A program made the position numbers and the translations under genes. This document shows positions 8,806 to 15,620 of a stretch of DNA of 31,239 bases, piece after piece. Within the stretch, counting starts at the first letter, position 1. Each line of letters starts with the position of its first letter. The stretch is from a virus (lineage: Duplodnaviria; Caudoviricetes), in the IMG/VR virus record IMGVR_UViG_3300037789_000005, positions 1 through 31,239 of that record. One strand, written 5' to 3'. The notes beneath the pieces were generated by a model that was not told where the DNA came from, ran no database searches, and saw only the letters and a program-made list of their open reading frames with translations.

Positions 8806-9255
8806 CTATAGGGGGTTAGCTACGAGTGAGTCGTATGCTTTCCAGATGTCATCAATCTCAGTAGAGAATGTGTCTAGCTTGTCACCAATACCATCTGTAA
8901 TAGTTGTACTGCGTTCTACCTGACTACGTAAGTCTAGTAGTGTGCGTTGCTGTTCAAGAATTGTCTGCATGTTAGTGCTGATCTGCGACAACCTAGTGTT
9001 TAGACCACGAACATCATTATCCTGAACAGCTTGCTCTAATGCTTGGATGCGAGATGCCAGAGCTATAGATGTCTCATCAAAGGTCTCTGATGCCTGTAGT
9101 ACTTGTTCAATGCCTGCCTCAACAGCATAGAACCGCTGAAGTGTATCATATCCGAAGTATATTGCACCACTAATACCAGAAAGGATGGGCAGGGCGGCAG
9201 CAATGTACCACCCCTTAAACGTAAACCCACCAATCTTTAGCTCTGTATCTTCCAT
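8806..9255 (-). CDS. Membrane-anchored coiled-coil protein
   Basis: N-terminal TM segment (WYIAAALPILSGISGAIYFG) followed by heptad repeats. Confidence 0.7.
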   Translation of the reverse strand: MEDTELKIGGFTFKGWYIAAALPILSGISGAIYFGYDTLQRFYAVEAGIEQVLQASETFDETSIALASRIQALEQAVQDNDVRGLNTRLSQISTNMQTILEQQRTLLDLRSQVERSTTITDGIGDKLDTFSTEIDDIWKAYDSLVANPL

Positions 9256-10070
9256 TACATACTCGCTGAAGAAGCACCATTCTGAAGGATGTACTGGCTT
9301 GCACCATAGATATCGTTAGCATCACGCATATCATTGGTGAGGTAACCAGACCAACCAGTAGCATTACCTGCATTATCCCACACAATCACAAACTCGTCTA
9401 CGCTTTGAGTGTAGGTGAGGGCAGTGTACGTACCAACAACAATACCGTTATTAGCAGTGTAGGTATCAATACTTGCAGTAAGGCTAGAGTTATTAGCTGC
9501 AGCCATAAATGCACCAGCTTGCTGAGCATAAGTCTCAACTGCATCAAGTGCACTGTTGTATGAATCAACCTCACTTGCATCAATGCTATATGCATCTGTA
9601 GCAAGCATCTCTTGTAGTGCTACACGCTCAGGTGCTGTGTCCGCTGCCGCTGCTGTATCTGCAACAGAAGTAGCCGTCATAAGTACAGAGGTAGCATCAG
9701 CAAGAGTATCAACAGCTAGTGACAAGTTGTTCATAGCTGCAGCATGTTCCTGCATAAAGAGCTGGTTAGCATTCTGTGCAGTCTGATAGTCATGTGCCTG
9801 TACAGCAGCTACTGCATCCTCATATGCAAGAAGCATAGCCTCAGTAACCTTAGCACCATCTAGTGACCCATCTACAATAACGCCACCTACCTCAGCATAA
9901 CCTACAGCACCAATGCCATAGTTGATAGAAAGCTGAAGCCTATTATCAATAACATCAATAGTGTTGATAAGGTTCTGAATCTTTTCGTCACCTGTCTCTG
10001 CGTGTAGTACGGAACCGTTCGCTAAGACTACGAGTGTCGCTGGTAGCAACAACTTGTTCTTCACGCTCAT
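9255..10070 (-). CDS. Exported Ala/Asp-rich helical protein
   Basis: Signal peptide-like MSVKNKLLLPATLVVLANGSVLHA; GGAGGA RBS; 271 aa. Confidence 0.75.
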   Translation of the reverse strand: MSVKNKLLLPATLVVLANGSVLHAETGDEKIQNLINTIDVIDNRLQLSINYGIGAVGYAEVGGVIVDGSLDGAKVTEAMLLAYEDAVAAVQAHDYQTAQNANQLFMQEHAAAMNNLSLAVDTLADATSVLMTATSVADTAAAADTAPERVALQEMLATDAYSIDASEVDSYNSALDAVETYAQQAGAFMAAANNSSLTASIDTYTANNGIVVGTYTALTYTQSVDEFVIVWDNAGNATGWSGYLTNDMRDANDIYGASQYILQNGASSASM

Positions 10071-10698
10071 TAGTTAAATCCTCCCCGATCCTTAATAAGC
10101 TATTCCAGAAGTATGGATCACTGTCATAACCAACAATGAACTCCTCTGGATATTGTCTGTAGAGTTCTATGGCTCTCTGTCCCATAACGAGATTGCCAGT
10201 TACTACATCCATAATAGGACAAGGTGTAGAAGCTAACATCATAGCTTTAAAGACTTGAGGAGAGGCACACATAACACTAATGGCACTTACCTGTAGACCT
10301 AATCCACCCAAGGCCTGAGGGGTACCTAAGAGTCTAGCGTTCTTGCGGATGTTACAGGCCTCATCCTGTTCCATACCACCACTAGAAATACCTACTACGC
10401 TTAACTGTACGCCAGCAGACTTAGGGATAAGACAGGAGTCGTTACCTCCACCACCCATCATAGTAGGTGATACCGCTGACATAACTGGAGCAGGAGAACC
10501 TGCACCTGTAGCATTGTAGTTGTTTGTTGTAGACGGGTTGTTACTATCTACAGTCGAATCTTGTATGTTGGTGTTAAAGTCACCATTAACATCATTACTT
10601 CTTGCAGGTGTCACCCAAAGTAACAGCAACGTCAGGGTCCATACACATAAGCTGCTCAGCAGCGTCTGGCCTTCCAATAGCCGCAAGTGTCTCAGCAT
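9988..10698 (-). CDS. Exported cysteine-containing protein (start uncertain)
   Basis: Hydrophobic signal-like segment ending WVTPARS, N/T-rich linker, then DSCL...EACN...VMC...TPCP. Confidence 0.7.
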   Translation of the reverse strand: MLRHLRLLEGQTLLSSLCVWTLTLLLLWVTPARSNDVNGDFNTNIQDSTVDSNNPSTTNNYNATGAGSPAPVMSAVSPTMMGGGGNDSCLIPKSAGVQLSVVGISSGGMEQDEACNIRKNARLLGTPQALGGLGLQVSAISVMCASPQVFKAMMLASTPCPIMDVVTGNLVMGQRAIELYRQYPEEFIVGYDSDPYFWNSLLRIGEDLTNEREEQVVATSDTRSLSERFRTTRRDR

Positions 10699-10807
10699 TA
10701 AGATTACGTTCACAGACTGTATCTCCCTCCCGACACGACGAACGCATAACAACTTGTGTAGTACTACATGCGCCCAGCGCTAACAGAAGTAAGATAGACT
10801 TATACAT
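10595..10807 (-). CDS. Small lipoprotein
   Basis: MYKSILLLLALGA-C lipobox; four further Cys; 70 aa; overlaps the next gene. Confidence 0.65.
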   Translation of the reverse strand: MYKSILLLLALGACSTTQVVMRSSCREGDTVCERNLNAETLAAIGRPDAAEQLMCMDPDVAVTLGDTCKK

Positions 10808-10808
10808 C

Positions 10809-11174
10809 TTAACCTACAGGGATGAACGTCTCAGTTACAGTACACATAGCATCAATGTTAGGCGTAGTGTTACCAGTAGGCATGATGCGGATCTGATCAC
10901 CGGGTTCTAGTACAAGTGTAGCACCAGTAAGTAGGATATACTCACCACTACCCATGTTCTTGCCACCAAGGATATTGAATGAATCAGACAAGGCAGAACG
11001 ATACCAGAAAGCACTTACTGTCGTGTTACCATTAGCGTTGACTACAAATAGCATTGTAATCTCAGCACGAGTATTCGCAGGACATGTGTACAGTGTGTAG
11101 AGTTGGTTCTCTACTTCACAGCTAACTGCCTCAGACTTTGTACGGGCTGGTTTGCCCTGCGAGTATAGTGTCAT
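10809..11174 (-). CDS. Probable virion structural protein
   Basis: 121 aa beta-rich; LYTCPAN and LVLEPGD.I motifs typical of podovirus minor structural proteins. Confidence 0.6.
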   Translation of the reverse strand: MTLYSQGKPARTKSEAVSCEVENQLYTLYTCPANTRAEITMLFVVNANGNTTVSAFWYRSALSDSFNILGGKNMGSGEYILLTGATLVLEPGDQIRIMPTGNTTPNIDAMCTVTETFIPVG

Positions 11175-11305
11175 TTCTTAGCTTTCTTGCGCTGGGCCTT
11201 AGATGTCTCAATAGCTCTGCCTTGCTTCTCAGCTTCAGCTTTAGTCGGGTACACCTTCCCGGTATCACCCCACTTGTATCCACCTTTTACTTTACGTACA
11301 GGCAT
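11171..11305 (-). CDS. Small basic protein (44 aa)
   Basis: Not in ORF track. MPVRKVKGGYKWGDTGKVYPTKAEAEKQGRAIETSKAQRKKAKK; overlaps both neighbours at TAATG/ATGA junctions. Confidence 0.75.
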   Translation of the reverse strand: MPVRKVKGGYKWGDTGKVYPTKAEAEKQGRAIETSKAQRKKAKK

Positions 11306-11565
11306 TACCACTTCACCTTATCAGCCCAGTATGCTGCAGACATCTTACCCTTCTTGATGTTCTCAGCATGTCTAGCCTTAAAAGACTTCTGACGTGCAGT
11401 AGGCTTCTTATCACCTGTCACACCCTGCTGACCAAAACGGATAGTCTTAATCTGGTCACCCTCTTTAGCCACAACTACATGCGACTTCGTAGGATGCTTA
11501 GGTGTACGCTTAGGCTTGTTGTAGCCATCTACACCTGCACGTTCTAGTCTAGGGTCTTTAGCCAT
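11305..11565 (-). CDS. Conserved basic phage protein
   Basis: MAKDPRL...IRFGQQG...SFKARH...SAAYWADKVKW; ATG 11565 preferred over the longer ORF call. Confidence 0.75.
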   Translation of the reverse strand: MAKDPRLERAGVDGYNKPKRTPKHPTKSHVVVAKEGDQIKTIRFGQQGVTGDKKPTARQKSFKARHAENIKKGKMSAAYWADKVKW

Positions 11566-11896
11566 CCTTCTTATCCTTAGATTTAGTGTAGGCTTGTCCA
11601 CCATAGAAGGCAGCAACAATAGCAGCTACAGATACAAAGTACACAGATGCCATGCTACCTAAGACAGTCGCTGCTTCACTTAAGCCTAAGGCTACAGCAA
11701 TAACTACAGCAAATGGATACAAGAGCATTCCAGCTAAGGCAAACCATGCCATGTTGCGCTGGGCATCTTCCTTCTTGTCTTCATTCTCAAAGCGTACCTT
11801 ACGCTCATACAAAGCAATCTCATCTTCAGTGATGACACCATCACCGTCAGTATCAGCCTCTGCCCACTTAGACTCCTCACTGATACTCTTAAACAT
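11558..11896 (-). CDS. EF-hand plus two-TM membrane protein (holin-like)
   Basis: DTDGDGVITEDE canonical EF-hand loop, two TM helices, charged C-tail; ATG 11896 follows GGAG. Confidence 0.65.
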   Translation of the reverse strand: MFKSISEESKWAEADTDGDGVITEDEIALYERKVRFENEDKKEDAQRNMAWFALAGMLLYPFAVVIAVALGLSEAATVLGSMASVYFVSVAAIVAAFYGGQAYTKSKDKKDG

Positions 11897-11898
11897 GC

Positions 11899-12288
11899 TT
11901 AGTCGTAGCTCCGCATAGAGGGCTTCTCTTCCCAAGCCTGACAGGTACGTAGGTTATGACAGATAAAGTCAAACTTATGGCAGTAACCTCTGCCACCACC
12001 ATCCATGTCAAACTCAGTCATGGGGATGGCTTCCATCTTTTCCATCATCTTAGTGGAATCATCAAAGTATTCACAGTTAGCACAAAGCTGTCTACGTGCC
12101 TGTGCTGTGTCTACCATCCAAAGTCTAGCCATCTTGTCCCAATATTCTGCATTAGCAGTAGGGTCTTCAGATGCCTTCTCTGGACCGAGGTTCCACTCAT
12201 CAGCTACCATCTGCATGTTAGCCTCATTCTCAGAAGCACTAACAATAGTCAGGTCCATAGGTGGCATCATGTACGTGTCAATCTGCAT
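11899..12288 (-). CDS. Cys-rich protein with HiPIP-like motif
   Basis: CANCEYF...GYCHKF...CQAW. Confidence 0.6.
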   Translation of the reverse strand: MQIDTYMMPPMDLTIVSASENEANMQMVADEWNLGPEKASEDPTANAEYWDKMARLWMVDTAQARRQLCANCEYFDDSTKMMEKMEAIPMTEFDMDGGGRGYCHKFDFICHNLRTCQAWEEKPSMRSYD

Positions 12289-12535
12289 AAGGTCTCTTCC
12301 TGTCTGGATCTAGCACTTCATTACGCTTTAGGTGGCCTTCTAAGTACATAGCACGTTCAACGTGGTCCAATGTGTACCTAACACCTGTAGCAGCCTCTAT
12401 AGCAGCACGGACATAGAATACATCTGACTTGGGGATGTGTACTGTTTCTAGCAACTTACCGTTATTGCTAGCAAGATCAGAGTAGAAGTTACCTAAAACG
12501 TCTTCATCTGCATATAGTTTTACTGTCTTCTTCAT
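12278..12535 (-). CDS. Hypothetical protein, first gene of the leftward arm
   Basis: HIPKSDVFYVR.A.EA.TG..Y.LDHVERAM.LEG; overlaps the next gene. Confidence 0.65.
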   Translation of the reverse strand: MKKTVKLYADEDVLGNFYSDLASNNGKLLETVHIPKSDVFYVRAAIEAATGVRYTLDHVERAMYLEGHLKRNEVLDPDRKRPYAD

Positions 12536-12569
12536 AGATGTCAACACATATGTTCATAAGAGGCACAGA

Positions 12570-12663
12570 AACAGGTCTGTGTCATCCGCAAATTATTGCT
12601 ATACAAGTGATCGGAGAGGTGGTGGAATCATGTATCACATAAGTCACGTGACACAGACCTGTT
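12570..12663. repeat. 15-bp perfect inverted repeat
   Basis: AACAGGTCTGTGTCA (12570-12584) and TGACACAGACCTGTT (12649-12663). Confidence 0.85.
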
Positions 12664-12756
12664 ATTACCACAAGAGAGTTAAGCTATGAGAGGAAAGCCT
12701 AACTCATCCAGTAATACAAGAGTAACTACAAACAGATATTGTGTCAACCCTATGTG

Positions 12757-12964
12757 TTACATTAAAGTTTAACTAGGATAGATTCAAAATCCTATACTAT
12801 AGTTTGTAGTTTTACTGTATGTAATACTAAAGTAGTAGTAATATATAATATGTATACTATAGAGTAGTTATAACACTAAAGTCTTTACATTAAAGTTTAA
12901 CTATTCTTAGTAATACTACTTATTTTGTATTACTTCTTTTTGTCTAAACATTAAAAGTTTAACT
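12757..12964. repeat. AT-rich tract with three direct repeats
   Basis: TTACATTAAAGTTTAACTA exact at 12757 and 12885; variant ACATTAAAAGTTTAACT at 12948. Confidence 0.8.
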
Positions 12965-12985
12965 TTATGCTGCTACTGCTACGCA

Positions 12986-13013
12986 GTTATACTGATATTT
13001 GTACCTGTGTCAA
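12986..13013 (-). promoter_or_regulatory. Leftward (late arm) sigma70-like promoter
   Basis: TTGACA-N16-TATAAC(T). Confidence 0.65.
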
Positions 13014-13288
13014 TGCATTACCTAACGTAACAGCCTAATATTGTGATAATTGTTACAGTTTCTACCTGTATGTTACAAGATGTTACTGCCTGGAGTCCCT
13101 GCTCGTGGTCCATATGGGGTGCAATGCTATCATATGTCTGTGCATTTATGCAGAGTCAGGTATATAAAAACTGTATATGTGTATACAACTATAAGATGTA
13201 GCCTAAAATACCCCTTCCGTGTGCTTGTACATATACGTAATACGGGGTAACCCCTACTGGCCCTCGCCCCTCCCCCTTCGTTAAAGGC

Positions 13289-13301
13289 TAACACGTTGAT
13301 T
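13289..13301 (-). promoter_or_regulatory. IHF consensus site
   Basis: AATCAACGTGTTA matches WATCAANNNNTTR. Confidence 0.55.
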
Positions 13302-13373
13302 TTATTGCAGTTTATACCTTGAGATGCAGCGATGCCAAAGACACACGTTCAATTGTGCTACTGATTCTGCTGC

Positions 13374-13386
13374 TAAGGCATTGATT
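13374..13386 (-). promoter_or_regulatory. IHF consensus site
   Basis: AATCAATGCCTTA matches WATCAANNNNTTR. Confidence 0.55.
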
Positions 13387-13527
13387 TTACAGTATTTCAT
13401 AAGTGATTTTGCATCATTTGCTGCGATATACTGTGGTAAAATGGTACCCCACCCGAAAGGACTTTGCAGTTTTGCAAAACGGATGCATGAAACACAAAAA
13501 GACTTTGCAAACTTGCAAACAACATCA

Positions 13528-13731
13528 CAGCAATGACATATATCAGAAATGACATACAACAATAACCAAATATAACAGCATTGACATATAACAGAAATGA
13601 CATCCTTCCCGGTCAGCATCACAACAATCACATATGTCAAACTTAACATATCTCAACAATGACATATCTCAACAATGACATGCTTCCCAGTTAGCATCAC
13701 AACAATGACATATATCAGATTTAACATATGT
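13528..13731 (+). repeat. Tandem array of 13 degenerate units (eleven of 16 bp, two of 14 bp)
   Basis: Consensus about CAACAATGACATATNT, punctuated by CCCRGTYAGCATCA at 13608 and 13686. Confidence 0.85.
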
Positions 13732-13823
13732 CAAAACCGGGATGTGTTCCTTATATAATAAAGATTCACGTGGGATCTATTCCATCCAAAAGAGAAACAT
13801 TTCAGATTCGACATGTATCATGA

Positions 13824-13838
13824 GAACGAATCAGGAAC
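13824..13838 (+). promoter_or_regulatory. Alphaproteobacterial LexA (SOS) box
   Basis: GAAC-GAATCAG-GAAC matches GAAC-N7-GAAC; followed in phase by GAAC-N7-GAAA. Confidence 0.6.
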
Positions 13839-13925
13839 ATCATAGGAAACACCCAAAAAGCAAAGAAAAAAGCAAAAAAGTTTTGTTTGTTTTCAATGGT
13901 TTATAAGAAAAGTAAACCAGGTATG

Positions 13926-13966
13926 AAAAAAATCGCTTGCGGTTTCAAATCGCTTGTGGCCTTAAT
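13926..13966 (+). promoter_or_regulatory. Early rightward promoter, rrn-like
   Basis: A-tract UP-like element, TTGCGG (13937-13942), 18 nt spacer, CTTAAT (13961-13966). Confidence 0.55.
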
Positions 13967-13971
13967 TGGTC

Positions 13972-14300
13972 ATCGGCAAACAAGACACGCCGAAGCGACC
14001 TAGGCGGTTCCTAGGCCAGCGATACCTAAGTGACCCCTACGGCGAGGTAGCATGTCACGGCGATGGTGGACCTGAGTGCTTTTTGAAATCGTTAGATATA
14101 CGTTAGCGGGTTTATCCCCTAGGCATGACAGGCCGATAATGGGTTAGCGACTAGACGCACCGCAACGTTGATAAAGGTCTAGACCCCGTGTCGCTGGATA
14201 CCGCAGCGGCTAGGGCGTGGGACGGTAAAGCATAACAAGCCAGCCGATCACGTGACAGGGGACACATTGTGCAGGGTGCGGTTCGTTTCAGGATGGGCTT
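13972..14300 (+). ncRNA. Structured early leader/ncRNA containing a boxA-like motif
   Basis: GC-rich ORF-free tract with at least six stems; TGCTTTTTGAAA at 14077-14088. Confidence 0.55.
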
Positions 14301-14379
14301 TGCGAATATGTGTGAGTGTTTCTTATGTGCTCATCTTAACGGGTGAGCATTTATGGCAACACAGGAAAGGACGCCTAAG

Positions 14380-14634
14380 ATGAAATCTGTAACAGCAACA
14401 GCGATACAATCAATGTCTCAGATTATTGATGAAACAAATGTGCTTGGCTATACGGTTGTGTCTGGTCATGTCTTAGAAGCTGGCATGTATGCCTTCTATG
14501 CCTTGCACAAAAATAAGCTGACTGATGTCATTGAAGATGTCTACTTCACAGCGAAACGTGGTCGTGGTGGTATGATCGGCAAGTGGATCTATGCGCCTAT
14601 GACGGCTGATGAGTATCACGACTTGAAAGGTTGA
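14380..14634 (+). CDS. Early hypothetical protein
   Basis: ATG 14380 after AAGGA; 84 aa. Confidence 0.7.
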   Translation: MKSVTATAIQSMSQIIDETNVLGYTVVSGHVLEAGMYAFYALHKNKLTDVIEDVYFTAKRGRGGMIGKWIYAPMTADEYHDLKG

Positions 14635-14697
14635 TCTATAAGGGTGCACCTGCGGGTGCATCTCAATGGCTTAATCTATAAACATGGGAGAATTGTC

Positions 14698-15405
14698 ATG
14701 TCTTGGAAGGGTAAACTGATCGCTTGTGGTAACAACGCTAAGACCGTCAAAGGTGACGGCTCAGAATATCTCACAGCTATCATGTATATGAAACCGTGGA
14801 AACATGCTGGCGTGAACGTATGCCCTATGGCTGAGCAAGCTTCCTGTATTGATGGCTGTCTCAATAGCGCTGGGCGTGGGCAGATGAACACGGTGCAGAC
14901 AGCACGTGAACGTAAAACTGAATGGTTCGCTAAGGATCGTGATGGCTTTATGCGTCAGCTTGTGGATGACGTTACACGTTTTGTTTCATACTGTAACAAA
15001 CGTAACATCCAGCCATGCATCCGTCTCAACGGAACGTCAGACATTCGCTGGGAGTTAATCAAGGTGGATGGTCAGAACCTCATGGAGATGTTCCCTCAGG
15101 TTCAATGGTATGACTATACAAAGATTGCTAATCGCAAGAACGTTCCAGCGAACTATCACCTAACATGGTCCTACTCTGCTGCTAATCCTAAGTATGCGGA
15201 GATGATGCATCAGGCGCTAGCTAACATGATGAATGTGGCTGTAGTGTTCCGCCGTAAAGAAAGTATTCCAGCTATATGGAACAAGCTTGTGACTGTTGAT
15301 GGTGACAAAGATGATCTACGCTTCCTAGATCCTAAGGGTGTGGCTGTAGCATTGTATGCTAAGGGTAGCGCTGTTCATGATGATAGCGGCTTTGTGCAAG
15401 ACTGA
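14698..15405 (+). CDS. Gp88-like protein (radical-SAM-like Cys motif)
   Basis: CPMAEQASCIDGCL, RLNGTSDI.WE, YDYTK, DGDKDDLRFLD; GGGAG RBS. Confidence 0.7.
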   Translation: MSWKGKLIACGNNAKTVKGDGSEYLTAIMYMKPWKHAGVNVCPMAEQASCIDGCLNSAGRGQMNTVQTARERKTEWFAKDRDGFMRQLVDDVTRFVSYCNKRNIQPCIRLNGTSDIRWELIKVDGQNLMEMFPQVQWYDYTKIANRKNVPANYHLTWSYSAANPKYAEMMHQALANMMNVAVVFRRKESIPAIWNKLVTVDGDKDDLRFLDPKGVAVALYAKGSAVHDDSGFVQD

Positions 15406-15419
15406 TAGGAGGATTGAGT

Positions 15420-15620
15420 ATGATCACTAGATATGAAGTGCAAACGTATACGCTATGTGATGGGTGGATTAACTGTTGGACCACATATGAGGATGACGGT
15501 CATAGCTATCCCACATACTATGAGACATATGCTGAGGCTGAGGCGGATCTAAATGATGTGCTGCGTGAATGGCCTGAGTATATGCGAGAGGAATATAGGA
15601 TCGTTGAGGTGGAACAATGA
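15420..15620 (+). CDS. Early hypothetical protein
   Basis: AGGAGG RBS; DGW.NCW...EEYRIVE. Confidence 0.7.
   Translation: MITRYEVQTYTLCDGWINCWTTYEDDGHSYPTYYETYAEAEADLNDVLREWPEYMREEYRIVEVEQ

Noticed and set aside
12612-12689. 19-aa plus-strand ORF (ATG 12630) behind GGAGAGGTGG
   Set aside because: Antisense to the late arm and inside an inverted repeat; a structural RNA explanation is simpler, though translation is not excluded.
12757-12964. CtrA boxes
   Set aside because: TTAA pairs are 3-4 nt apart, not the TTAA-N7-TTAA consensus.
13460-13519. TTGCA cluster and GTTTTGCAAAAC palindrome as sigma54 promoter or operator
   Set aside because: No GG-N10-GC consensus context and no assignable factor; may belong to the terminal region but is unsupported on its own.
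13050-13649. ORFs 13050-13250, 13302-13649, 13324-13536 and 13397-13603
   Set aside because: They run across repeat and regulatory DNA, have low-complexity translations and lack RBSs.
13528-13731. CRISPR array
   Set aside because: Units are contiguous 14-16 bp degenerate repeats with no unique spacers. The Cas4-like gene is a common stand-alone phage nuclease.
13972-14300. tRNA, tmRNA or hammerhead ribozyme
   Set aside because: No cloverleaf with T-loop and CCA, and no CUGANGA/GAAA core in the right arrangement; kept only as an unassigned structured RNA.
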